Positions 1 through 9,187 of a stretch of DNA of 64,000 bases are shown here, one piece after another. Origin of the DNA: a bacterium. GTDB taxonomy: Bacteria; UBA8248. The translations under genes and the position numbers were made by a program. Position 1 is the first letter of the stretch. Every line of letters starts with the position of its first letter. The notes beneath the pieces were generated by a model. That model saw only the letters and a list, made by a program, of their open reading frames with translations, made no database searches and was not told the DNA's origin. Location: assembly GCA_965200245.1 (NCBI GenBank), contig CBDATS010000005.1, positions 576,001 to 640,000 on the forward strand, read 5' to 3'.

Positions 1-1173
1 ATCGCTCTGGAAGCTGGCGACCTTAAGAGCGTGAGCTTTCACGCGGGCATGCCGGGCGAATCGGCACGAATAACGAACGTATTGGACTCCGTCGAGCCCC
101 TCTACAAAGTGAGCGGGTACTCATGTGCCTTTCCAGGATTCATGGGCCCCTCCAAGACCGCGGGCGAAGGCCGCACCCACAAACTCGCTGGGATGTGCGT
201 CATCAGTTCCACGCATTTCCTAGGGCCCATGACGGGCATCATGAGCTTTCGCGAAGGGATTATCGACATGTGCGGCCCTGGCACAATTCATTGTACGAAT
301 TCAGAGACCGCGAATCTCGTCGCCTGCTACGAACCGCTGGAAGGCACCTCGAACGAAGCACACGATGACGCCGTACGTCTTGCAACACTCAAAATAGCCT
401 CCCGGCTGGCCGAACACACGAAGGATATAGAGCCCACGCGGGTCGAGACGTTCGAACTCGCAGATGTCGACCCCGCTCTTCCTCGCGTCGTTTATGTCGA
501 TCAGATCATGCACCAAGCTTCCATGGTGCAGACTTTCATGTACGGCAAGAACTTTGGGGATTCACTCCCCACCCTCATTCATCCGAACGAGATGCTCGAC
601 GGCGCGGTCGTTGGAGCGAATTACAAGACGCAGCAGAAGGCACCGACCTACCTCCATTGCAACAAGCCGCTCATATACGAACTCTACCGCCGCCACGGAG
701 CGGATATCAATTTCACAGGAATGATCATTACACGCGGCCACCACGACAACCAAGCCCTTAAGGAACGCTCGGCGCAATACGTGGCCAAGCTCGCAACGCT
801 CCTAAAGGCCGACGGCGCGGTTCTCGCCTTCGAGGGTGGCGGCAATTCCACGGTGGACTATTGGCTCACCGTCCAAGCACTCGAGCAGATGGGTGTACGT
901 GCTGTGCCTATCATCTACGAGGTGGGCCGGCCAGGCTCGGGCGAATTCCCGCTCGTCTTTCACGTGCCGGAAGCCGACTCTATCATCTCCAAGGGCATGC
1001 AGGGGGAGCGCATCGCCGCCCCGGCAGTGGAGCGTGTCATCGGCTCGGAAATCGTTGATTTCTATAACGGCAGGAGCTACAACGTCCGCGAAGCGTTCAC
1101 CCTGTCAGACAGCGACTACTACGCAAACGAGTGGGCGCGGGACATCAACCACATGATTGGCAAGGCGTATTGA
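1..1173 (+). CDS. Glycine/sarcosine/betaine reductase component B subunit (GrdE/GrdG/GrdI-like), 5'-truncated by the window edge
   Basis: The frame is open from base 1. It carries family-like segments PGESARITNVLDSVEP, EGIIDMCGPG, LPTLIHPNEMLDGAVV, LYRRHGADINFTG, KERSA and EGGGN, and lies directly upstream of a GrdB-like gene. Confidence 0.85.
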   Translation: MALEAGDLKSVSFHAGMPGESARITNVLDSVEPLYKVSGYSCAFPGFMGPSKTAGEGRTHKLAGMCVISSTHFLGPMTGIMSFREGIIDMCGPGTIHCTNSETANLVACYEPLEGTSNEAHDDAVRLATLKIASRLAEHTKDIEPTRVETFELADVDPALPRVVYVDQIMHQASMVQTFMYGKNFGDSLPTLIHPNEMLDGAVVGANYKTQQKAPTYLHCNKPLIYELYRRHGADINFTGMIITRGHHDNQALKERSAQYVAKLATLLKADGAVLAFEGGGNSTVDYWLTVQALEQMGVRAVPIIYEVGRPGSGEFPLVFHVPEADSIISKGMQGERIAAPAVERVIGSEIVDFYNGRSYNVREAFTLSDSDYYANEWARDINHMIGKAY

Positions 1174-1335
1174 GGGCAGGAAGGTCAATATGAGCATGCG
1201 TGAGAAGATGGAAGGCCGGGAGTCGTTGACAAGACAACCGCGTATGGTGCGAAAATACCGAAACACAACAGAAACCGTGAATATCAATTGCATATATAAA
1301 ATGGCTTTGGGTGAATTCATCCCTTGAGGCGAGAC

Positions 1336-2652
1336 ATGAGCACTAAATTTCGGGTCGTTCACTATTTGAACCAGTTCTTCGCTGGAGTGGGGGGCGAGGA
1401 TAGGAGCGATCATCCTGCCTCCGTCCTGCCCGGCCCCGTCGGCCCCGGCGTATTACTCGACAAGATATTAAAGGAGGAGGCTGAAGTCGTCGCCACGGTC
1501 TTTGCGGGCGATGGCCATTTTGCCGAAAACGAGGCGTCCTGCGCCACAGCAGCGTTCGCACTCATCAAGGAGCACTCACCCGATCTCCTTATCGCAGGCC
1601 CCGCCTTCAACGCCGGGCGCTACGGGCTCGCCTGCTCCGCCATCTGCCAATCAGCACAAGAGGCGGGCCTTCCCGTCGTCACCGCCATGCACCCGGAGAA
1701 TCCTGGTTTTCCCGCCGCAGGATTCGGTGTTCACACCGTTCCCACCACAGACTCTGCCATCGGCATGGAGGAAGCCCTTGAGGCCGTCGCCCGCCTGGGG
1801 CTCAAGCTCGTCCGGGGTGAGAAGATCGGAAGCGCCGCAGACGAAGGCTATCTCCCGCGCGGTATTCGCTATAACGAAATCGCCGAGTTCCCGGCCTCGC
1901 GACGCGCCGTCGATATGGTCCTGAAGAAAATCCGGGGCGAACCCTACCAGAGCGAACTCGATGTTCCCGTCCTTGAAGAGATAGTGCCTCCAGAACCCGT
2001 TGCCGATCTCAAAAGGGCCCGAATCGCCATCGTATCAGAGGGCGGTATGGTGCCTCCCGACAATCCTGATCGCTTTTCCGGATCGAGAAATGAAAACTGG
2101 GCCACGTATTCCCTGGAAGGAAAAGACGCCCTGCCGGGCGGTGCGTTCATCTCGATACACGGCGGCTTCAACACCGTGTTCGTGAACGAGGAGCCCGACC
2201 GCATGCTCGCCGTCGACGCCTTTCGCAGGCTCGAGAACGAGGGTGAGATCGCAGCGCTCCACGATGATTTCCTGAGTACTTGCGGCAACGGCGGCGCCTT
2301 CACCACCATGGACGGCATCGGCCGAGCCTGGGCCGCAGAATTGAAGAAGGCCGGGGTGGAGGGCGTCGTTCTCCCCGCCACGTGAGGAACCGGCACGCGC
2401 AGCGGGGCTGCGCTGGCGAAAGCTTTGGAAAGAGAGGGCATTCCTACCGTCATTGTCACCTGTCTGCCCGATGTGGCGCGTGACATCGGGGTTAACCGGA
2501 TCGTCAACAACCGCGCCGGGCACTTCCATCATCCTTTTGGCGATCCGTCCCGGACCCCCGAGGCCGAGCGAGAATGGCGCCTGGGCGCGGCTCGCGCGGC
2601 CGTCTCGACGCTTACCAAAACAGTGGACGGCCCCACGGTATTCGAGTACTAG
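1336..2652 (+). CDS. Glycine/betaine/sarcosine/D-proline reductase family selenoprotein B (GrdB-like); TGA 2383-2385 read as selenocysteine (codon 350)
   Basis: N-terminal RVVHYLNQFFAGVGGED, plus IAGPAFNAGRYG and SIHGGF. The in-frame TGA is followed by GTGTRSGAALAKALEREGIPTV...HPFGDP, the normal GrdB C-terminus, to TAG 2650-2652, giving 438 aa. The ORF track splits this into 1324-2385 and 2425-2652. Confidence 0.9.
2386..2413 (+). promoter_or_regulatory. Putative bacterial SECIS element
   Basis: Perfect GC stem gcgcagc(2397-2403)-ggg-gctgcgc(2407-2413) with a G-rich loop, separated from the in-frame TGA by 11 nt. Confidence 0.7.
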
Positions 2653-2805
2653 GCAAAATACTACGACGCCCGGCACGAGCAGCACACAGGAGAGCCGCTT
2701 TGTCAGACAAGACGGCAATCAGGTGAGTCGTGATTTCCGAAAACCATTTCCTGTCAGTCGGCAAGCGTCGGCAAGCCGTGATCGCTCCTCCCGAACCATC
2801 CCGCT

Positions 2806-3786
2806 TTATACCGTCACCCCCAGCGCTTTTTTTGCGGCGTCGACGACGTTGGTGACGTTGGGGAGCACGAAGTCCTCAAGACGGGGCTCGAAGGGAATGG
2901 GCGCGTCCAGGGCGGCCACGCGGCCAATGGGGGCGTCGAGATAATCGAAGGCTTCCTCCTGAACGGCTGCTGATATCTCCGAACCCACGCCACTTCTCAG
3001 GTGACCTTCCTCTACGATAATGCAGCGGTTCGTTTTCCGAACCGATTCAGCGAGCGTCCCCGTATCGAGCGGGGCGATCGTCCTGGGGTCGACGACTTCG
3101 GCACTGATGCCTTCCTTTTCGAGTTCATCCGCCGCCGCCAGGCAGTTGTGCACCTGATAGCCCACGCCGATGAGGGTGATGTCACTGCCCTCCCGCTTCA
3201 CGTCGGCCTGGCCGAAAGGGATCAGGTATTCCCATTTGGGCACACGGCCCTTGATCTTGTAGAGCATCTTGTGCTCCACGACGAGCACGGGGTTGCCGTC
3301 GCGGATCGCCGTGCGCATCAGGCCCTTGGCGTCCGCAGGGTCGCTCGGCACTGCCACCCTGATCCCCGGAATCTGCATGAACCAGGCCTCCAGGCACTGG
3401 CTATGCGTGGGGCCGTACTGCACGCCGCCGCCGCCGGGGGTGCGCACGACGAGAGGCACGCTCAACTGCCCGCCCAGCATATAACGCAGCTTGGCTGCCT
3501 GGTTAATGAGTGGGTCCATCGCCAGCATGATGAAGTCCATGAACATGATCTCGACGACGGGCCGGTAGCCCGCCATGGCGGCGCCCACGCCTGCACCCAC
3601 GATCCCGAGTTCACTGATGGGCGTGTCACGTACCCGGTCTTTCCCGAATCTGTCCGCCAGCCCCTTCGTCACACCGAAGACGTAGGCCAGTTCCACATCC
3701 TCGCCCATCACGATGACGCGCTCGTCGCGCTCCATTTCTTCGTGATGGACTTCGTTCAACGCATCCACAAAAGTGATTTCTCGCAT
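2806..3786 (-). CDS. Acetoin/pyruvate/2-oxoacid dehydrogenase E1 beta subunit
   Basis: MREITFVDALNE..., VRDTPISE, HSQCLEAWF, EVVDPRT, DYLDAPI. The start was reassigned to ATG 3786; the upstream part of the 683-aa ORF is a shadow frame over E1 alpha. Confidence 0.92.
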   Translation of the reverse strand: MREITFVDALNEVHHEEMERDERVIVMGEDVELAYVFGVTKGLADRFGKDRVRDTPISELGIVGAGVGAAMAGYRPVVEIMFMDFIMLAMDPLINQAAKLRYMLGGQLSVPLVVRTPGGGGVQYGPTHSQCLEAWFMQIPGIRVAVPSDPADAKGLMRTAIRDGNPVLVVEHKMLYKIKGRVPKWEYLIPFGQADVKREGSDITLIGVGYQVHNCLAAADELEKEGISAEVVDPRTIAPLDTGTLAESVRKTNRCIIVEEGHLRSGVGSEISAAVQEEAFDYLDAPIGRVAALDAPIPFEPRLEDFVLPNVTNVVDAAKKALGVTV

Positions 3787-3839
3787 GTCACCTTTCTCCA
3801 GTTTTTCCTGAATGGCACCGCGCCGGGGGACGGGAGCCA

Positions 3840-4829
3840 TCAGGCGTATACGTCCTCGAGCGCAGATTCGAGCGTGGCTTCCGGACTCTGCTCCGCAAAC
3901 GCGATGGCGTCGTGGAGTTCCCTGTCCACGGCCTTGAGGTGCGCTTTCTTCTGCGCTTCCGTGAGTTTCAGCATATCCGCCGCAATCGTCAGCGGATCGC
4001 GCTTTCTCCATTCGTCCACCTCTTCTTTCGTGCGGTAGGGACCGAACTGGGGATCGCCACGCGAGTGTCCGAAAAAGCGGTAGGTCTTCGCCTCGATGAG
4101 GCTCGGACCTCCTCCCTCGCGCGCCCTTCGCACCGACTCGGCGGTCGCCTCGTAGACGGCCACCACGTCCATGCCGTCCACCGTCACGCCGGGGGCGTTG
4201 TAGCCCTGCGCGCGCACGCTGATGTCCTTCACGGCGGTGGATCGCTCGACGTGATAGCTTACCGCATAGTGGTTGTTCTCGCAGAAGAAGATGACCGGCA
4301 GTTTCCAGATCGCGCACAGGTTCATCGACTCGTGAAAACTGCCCTGGTTCGAGGCGCCGTCGCCGAAGAAGACTACCGCCACGCGCCCCAGGCCTTCCAG
4401 CTGATAGGCGAGACCCATGCCCGTAGCCATCGGCATGTTTGCCCCCACGATGGAGTGCGCGCCGTAGTGGCCCTTCGAGATGTCGGCGATGTGCATGGAA
4501 CCGCCCCGCGCCTTGCAGAGGCCGGTGGACTTGCCGAGAAGCTCGGCCATCATCTCGGGCATCCGGGTACCCTTGGCGATGGAGTGTCCATGGCCCCGGT
4601 GGGTGGTCAGGATGGCGTCGTCCTCGCCCAGCGCCGCGCAGACGCCGACCGAGCACGCCTCCTGCCCGATGCTCACGTGAACCGCCCCCTTCACCTGCCC
4701 CGCCATGAAAAACTCGTCCGTCTTCTCTTCGAAGCGGCGGATGCGCAGCATGTTGCGGTACATCGCGTTCAAGTCTTTTTTCGTCAGCCTTTTCGGCTTC
4801 GTTGACCTTCTTCTCGTCCTGGTGGCCAC
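3840..4829 (-). CDS. TPP-dependent dehydrogenase E1 alpha subunit (acetoin/pyruvate type)
   Basis: GQEA, THRGHGH, GGSMH, TPP motif FGDGASNQG...ENN, YRFFGHS. Confidence 0.93.
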   Translation of the reverse strand: MATRTRRRSTKPKRLTKKDLNAMYRNMLRIRRFEEKTDEFFMAGQVKGAVHVSIGQEACSVGVCAALGEDDAILTTHRGHGHSIAKGTRMPEMMAELLGKSTGLCKARGGSMHIADISKGHYGAHSIVGANMPMATGMGLAYQLEGLGRVAVVFFGDGASNQGSFHESMNLCAIWKLPVIFFCENNHYAVSYHVERSTAVKDISVRAQGYNAPGVTVDGMDVVAVYEATAESVRRAREGGGPSLIEAKTYRFFGHSRGDPQFGPYRTKEEVDEWRKRDPLTIAADMLKLTEAQKKAHLKAVDRELHDAIAFAEQSPEATLESALEDVYA

Positions 4830-4954
4830 GGCCTCCTCCTCCCGGCGACTTCATCACAATGCAGTTGTTGAAATATCACGAAAAAATGATTTCCAGAACT
4901 TCAGGAGTACCACATGGGGCGGTGACGGTCCAATCAGAGCGCGCCGGATGAGGC

Positions 4955-5629
4955 TCAGTCGGGATTCGCTGCGTAGCGCAGAAACAACTCATCCCCTTCC
5001 TGCCTGATCTCCACAAGCGTAAGGCCCAAAAATTCACCTGAGCGAAAGCCCGATCCGTCCATGAGTGTCGGAGCGGATGCTCCTCCCGCCAGCCAAGGAG
5101 TGAGCGTCACGTGAAATTCGTCAATATAACGGGCGAACTCCCATATCAACACCCCCCCTCCTTCGAGAAGCACCCGCCTCACCCCCTGCTCCGAGAGATA
5201 GGCCAGCACCTGGACAGCGAGAGCACCCGCTTCATCCAGAAAAACGATTTGCGCCCCCTCGGTGTGGACTTTTTTGAGGTGTCGCGCACCTTCCGGCGTC
5301 GTGAATATGAGTCGTTCAACCTCATCCGCGGAAAACCATGGGAGTTGATCGGGGAAAACGCCGCTTTTCGTGATCAACGCGTTCGTCGGATGCGGCGGCA
5401 GACCGCGTTCCGTGCGGTCGCGGACGAGGGATTCTTTGCGAACTCTAGCGGGATGGCGCGCAGCCCGGAGCGTCTCGCCGCCCCACACCACGATGTCAGC
5501 ACCGGCTCTTAGACGGTCCATCTCCAAGCGGTCCGCTCCCGTGCCCAGCGAGAAATCCTTGCGATCATGGCTCGCGATTTTCCCGTCGAGCGTCATAGCT
5601 AGATTCGTGTATACGAAGGGTTTGTCCAT
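4955..5629 (-). CDS. RibD C-terminal domain / pyrimidine reductase (DHFR-like) protein
   Basis: NLAMTLDGKIA, LRAGAD, VLLEGGG, PWLAGG. Confidence 0.85.
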   Translation of the reverse strand: MDKPFVYTNLAMTLDGKIASHDRKDFSLGTGADRLEMDRLRAGADIVVWGGETLRAARHPARVRKESLVRDRTERGLPPHPTNALITKSGVFPDQLPWFSADEVERLIFTTPEGARHLKKVHTEGAQIVFLDEAGALAVQVLAYLSEQGVRRVLLEGGGVLIWEFARYIDEFHVTLTPWLAGGASAPTLMDGSGFRSGEFLGLTLVEIRQEGDELFLRYAANPD

Positions 5630-5737
5630 GAAAATTCTCACTCAAGGTTGTGATTCGCCCGTATAAGGCAGTAAAGTTCCCTATCATCTCGTCTTCATGA
5701 AAACGGACATTCCTCAGGCATAAGGAGAGAAAAGACC

Positions 5738-6388
5738 ATGGGAGAATTCGACCAAAGGGTAGACCTTCCCGCTCTCGATTTCCAAAAGCTCAACATCGGC
5801 CCTTACAGCAACAATGTATACGTGCTCACATGCAAGGCGACGAAAGAATGCGTCATCATTGACACCTCCTATTCCGCCGAGCCGATTCTCGCTGCATGTG
5901 AAGGCGCGACACCGAAATACATTCTACAGACCCATTGCCACGGCGACCACATCGACGCGCTCGACGAGGTGCGCAGCCGCACAGGCGCATCCCTGGGCCA
6001 GCACGCCGAGGACGCACGGGAATTCGGCATCAACCCCGATTTCACCATCGCGGACGGCGAAGAGATAACTTTTGGTGAGATCACCCTCAAGGCCATCCAC
6101 ACACCCGGCCACTGCAAGGGCATGCTGATGTTCTATTTTCCGAGGCACTGCGTCTGCGGAGATACTATTTTCCCCGGTGGTCCAGGCAAGACCTGGAATC
6201 ACGAACAACTGCTCACATCGCTCGACTCCATCGAAAACAAGGTGTTTGCCCTGCCGGATGCTACGGTTCTCTACCCCGGCCACGGGGCAAACAGTACCGT
6301 CGCGCAGAGTAAGGAGGAAGTCGCCGGATTCCGGGCTGCAGGCAGGCCGAGGCCGGATGAATTCGGCGACGTGACTTGGGATAGCTAG
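5738..6388 (+). CDS. MBL-fold metallo-hydrolase (glyoxalase II-like)
   Basis: THCHGDH, HTPGH, GDT and YPGHG motifs; AAGGAG RBS. Confidence 0.9.
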   Translation: MGEFDQRVDLPALDFQKLNIGPYSNNVYVLTCKATKECVIIDTSYSAEPILAACEGATPKYILQTHCHGDHIDALDEVRSRTGASLGQHAEDAREFGINPDFTIADGEEITFGEITLKAIHTPGHCKGMLMFYFPRHCVCGDTIFPGGPGKTWNHEQLLTSLDSIENKVFALPDATVLYPGHGANSTVAQSKEEVAGFRAAGRPRPDEFGDVTWDS

Positions 6389-6471
6389 ACAATATAACAC
6401 AGCCGGATGAACCCGGCGCTCGCGATTGCTTCGCGCGGCTTGGAACGACTAATTGAGATAGGGGTCATACA

Positions 6472-6864
6472 ATGATTTCAGCCAGCATTGCATTCGATCA
6501 CGTGCACGTCATCAGCAAAGATCCCGAGGAGAGCGTGAACTGGTTCGTCGAGAACCTGGGGGGAGAGCGCGGCGAGGGCGTCATATTCAAGGGAGCGCCA
6601 CAGGTTCCGGTGAAATTCAACGGTGCCACTGTTATCGTTCGCGGTGAAAGAACGGGCGAGAGCGCAGGCGAGAAGAGCGGCCTCGAATGGGGGACGGATC
6701 ATTTCGCCTTCGTGGTCTCGGGTGATTTCGACGCCTACTGCGAGGACCTAAAGAAGAAAGGCGTGAAATTCACCGTGGAGCCAGTGCAATTCAACCCGAA
6801 GACTCGCATCGCATTCATTGAGGCACCCGATGGCGTCAGCATCGAACTGCTGCAGAGAACTTAA
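6472..6864 (+). CDS. VOC (glyoxalase/bleomycin resistance) family protein
   Basis: FDHVHV, DHFAF, FIEAPDGVSIELLQ. Confidence 0.88.
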   Translation: MISASIAFDHVHVISKDPEESVNWFVENLGGERGEGVIFKGAPQVPVKFNGATVIVRGERTGESAGEKSGLEWGTDHFAFVVSGDFDAYCEDLKKKGVKFTVEPVQFNPKTRIAFIEAPDGVSIELLQRT

Positions 6865-6901
6865 TGTTGAAGGATTCATCCGCACTGAACGGTGATCCGC
6901 G

Positions 6902-7969
6902 TTGAAAAGAAATGGTTTTCACCTTGCGCGAATCGCAGCATTATGTCTGCTGATAGTTGTGTTCGGCTGGACGGCCGCTCTGATTTCGCATGCCCAAAAC
7001 ACGCGCGCGCAGGAAGAATTACCCCCGGAGCCACCTCTTGGCCTCGACGACATACCCGTGCCCGAGAACAACCCCATGACGCAGCCCAAAATCGAACTCG
7101 GAAGATTGCTCTACTTCGAGAAACGCTTCTCCGGCGACGGGAAGGTCTCCTGTGCGACATGCCACATGCCCCGGCGCGGATTCTCGAACGCACGCCAGTA
7201 TGGAATCGGCTTCGACGGCAGGCTCACGCTCAGGAACGTGCCCACCGTCATCAATGCCGCCTATAACGAGTCCCAGTTCTGGGACGGGCGCGCTGGCAGC
7301 CTTGAGGAACAGGCTAAAGGACCGATTCTCCACCCGAGCGAGATGGCCTCTAGCGAGGAGAAAATCGTCCGCACACTTGAGGCAATACCCAAATACCGCC
7401 AAAGGTTCAAAGAGGCGTTTGGGGGCTCCGACATCAATCTCGAACGCGTGGCGCAGGCCATCGCCACATTCGAGCGCACCCTGATCTCGGGAAATTCCCC
7501 TTTCGACCGATGGAAATACGGAGACGACCAATCCGCGCTCCCTTCCCGGGCACTAAAGGGTTTCGAGGTCTTCAAAACCAGGGGCAAGTGCGTGAAATGC
7601 CATCTCGTCGATGAATTCAGTGCGCCCTTCACGGACAATAAGTTCCACAATCTAGGCGTAGGTATGGACAAGAAGACCCTGGAGATCGGACGAGAGAGGA
7701 TCACCCAAAAAATCAGGGATCGGGGGAAATTCAAAACACCCACGCTTCGACACATCACACAGACGGCGCCCTACATGCATGACGGCCGCTTCGCCACACT
7801 GGAAGAGGTGGTCGATTTCTATGACAAGGGAGGCCACCCGAACCCCAATCTCGACCCGGACATTAAACCTCTCAATCTCACAAAGACCGAGAAAGAGAAC
7901 CTTATTGCTTTCATGGGCACGCTCACGGGTGACCTCCCCGAAGTCAAGGTACCCGAGTTGCCGAAGTAA
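6902..7969 (+). CDS. Periplasmic di-heme cytochrome c peroxidase / MauG-like protein
   Basis: Signal peptide, CATCH and CVKCH heme motifs, QFWDGRA, FERTL, FKTPTLR, PYMHDG. Confidence 0.92.
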   Translation: MKRNGFHLARIAALCLLIVVFGWTAALISHAQNTRAQEELPPEPPLGLDDIPVPENNPMTQPKIELGRLLYFEKRFSGDGKVSCATCHMPRRGFSNARQYGIGFDGRLTLRNVPTVINAAYNESQFWDGRAGSLEEQAKGPILHPSEMASSEEKIVRTLEAIPKYRQRFKEAFGGSDINLERVAQAIATFERTLISGNSPFDRWKYGDDQSALPSRALKGFEVFKTRGKCVKCHLVDEFSAPFTDNKFHNLGVGMDKKTLEIGRERITQKIRDRGKFKTPTLRHITQTAPYMHDGRFATLEEVVDFYDKGGHPNPNLDPDIKPLNLTKTEKENLIAFMGTLTGDLPEVKVPELPK

Positions 7970-8043
7970 GGCTTTTTCGGCAAACTTATTTTCGCAACCA
8001 CCCGAGACGATTGGAGAGTTCAAGGACCTCCCGCATGACACAC

Positions 8044-8754
8044 ATGAAAAAACCATTCTCCCTCGCGCTTGCAGGAGTTTTATCTTTCCTCCTCACGCCC
8101 CCTACCTTATATGCAGCGGATGTGGACGACGGGAAATCCATTTTCCAAAACAAAAACTGCGGAAGTTGCCATACCTTGAAAGGCCCTGAAACCAGGATAC
8201 CCCCACCTTCGCGTCACGGCATAAAGGGTCCCACGCTCTGGTATGCGGGCAGCAAATTCCAACCTGGTTTTCTGGTGAAATGGCTCGCAAAACCGGAGCC
8301 TTTTCGGGGCGTCATCTACGAAACCATGAAGCGGGGCAAATACTCGCACCCCGTCCTCCCAAAGGAAGAGGCACCGGAGGTAGCAGCATATCTCGAAAGC
8401 CTGAAAGATCCCGAAATGCCCGTAGGTGTCGTTGTGCGCTGGAAGAAAATCCCAAGAAAGGTACTCCGGCGTGCGAGGATTTTGTTTCAGAAAAAACAAC
8501 CCTGCTATTCATGCCATATGGTCTCGATACGTAAAACGGTCTACCGGACGCGCATCAAGGTGGGCGGCCACAGCGCACCCAATTTCATAGAGGCGGGCCA
8601 CAGGCTGAACCCCGATTACATCGTGGCCTTTCTGAAAAAACCGGAACGCTACAACCCCAACGGCAGAATGCCCGTATATGGAGACAAGGCGTTCACGAAA
8701 CTGAGCGAAAAGGATTTCATCGCGCTCGCCGCCTATATTGCGAGCTTCAAGTGA
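8044..8754 (+). CDS. Periplasmic di-heme cytochrome c (NcgB-like)
   Basis: Signal peptide; CGSCH and CYSCH; KGPTLWYAGSKF...WL; RLNPDYI...MP. The stop codon overlaps the next start (GTGA). Confidence 0.85.
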   Translation: MKKPFSLALAGVLSFLLTPPTLYAADVDDGKSIFQNKNCGSCHTLKGPETRIPPPSRHGIKGPTLWYAGSKFQPGFLVKWLAKPEPFRGVIYETMKRGKYSHPVLPKEEAPEVAAYLESLKDPEMPVGVVVRWKKIPRKVLRRARILFQKKQPCYSCHMVSIRKTVYRTRIKVGGHSAPNFIEAGHRLNPDYIVAFLKKPERYNPNGRMPVYGDKAFTKLSEKDFIALAAYIASFK

Positions 8755-9176
8755 AATTTCTTTCCCTATCAACAACACTCTTACTCGCTCTCGTTACGTC
8801 GACCGTGGGCACTCCCCTCACAGGTGCTCAAGAACCCACAAGCCGTGTGAGCGCGCAAGAGAATTTCGGCTGGTACTGCATTCAGTGCCACGGCCCCAAG
8901 GGAGACGGCAAGGGAGTCAACAATACCAAGAAACTGCCCGTGAGTCCCCGTAATCTTACCGACGGCAAGGACATGGCCCAGTTCTCGGATGAAGACATGG
9001 TGCGTACCATCACCCACGGAGGCGGGGCGAGCGATCTCTCCCCCATCATGCCACCGTGGGGCAATGTGTTTACAAAACAAGAGATTCGTGATTTGGTGGC
9101 CTTGATACGCAAGATGTGCAACTGCCGCTTCGATCCCAAGGCGAATGAGGCATTTTTGAAACGACAAAGCCGCTAG
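8751..9176 (+). CDS. Mono-heme cytochrome c (NcgC-like)
   Basis: Signal peptide; YCIQCHG, GDGKG, PRNLT, MPPWG, C-terminal CNC. Confidence 0.88.
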   Translation: MKFLSLSTTLLLALVTSTVGTPLTGAQEPTSRVSAQENFGWYCIQCHGPKGDGKGVNNTKKLPVSPRNLTDGKDMAQFSDEDMVRTITHGGGASDLSPIMPPWGNVFTKQEIRDLVALIRKMCNCRFDPKANEAFLKRQSR

Positions 9177-9187
9177 GTTCCCCAGCT

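Noticed and set aside
1226-1256. TTGACA between the two grd-like genes as an internal promoter
   Set aside because: No convincing -10 box at 16-18 bp spacing.
2425-2652. Separate 75-aa ORF
   Set aside because: It is the in-frame C-terminus of the selenoprotein beyond the UGA.
2806-4857. 683-aa ORF suggesting a fused or extended E1 beta
   Set aside because: The N-terminal half is an Arg/Gly-rich shadow frame overlapping the real E1 alpha gene; E1 beta has its own RBS and ATG at 3786.
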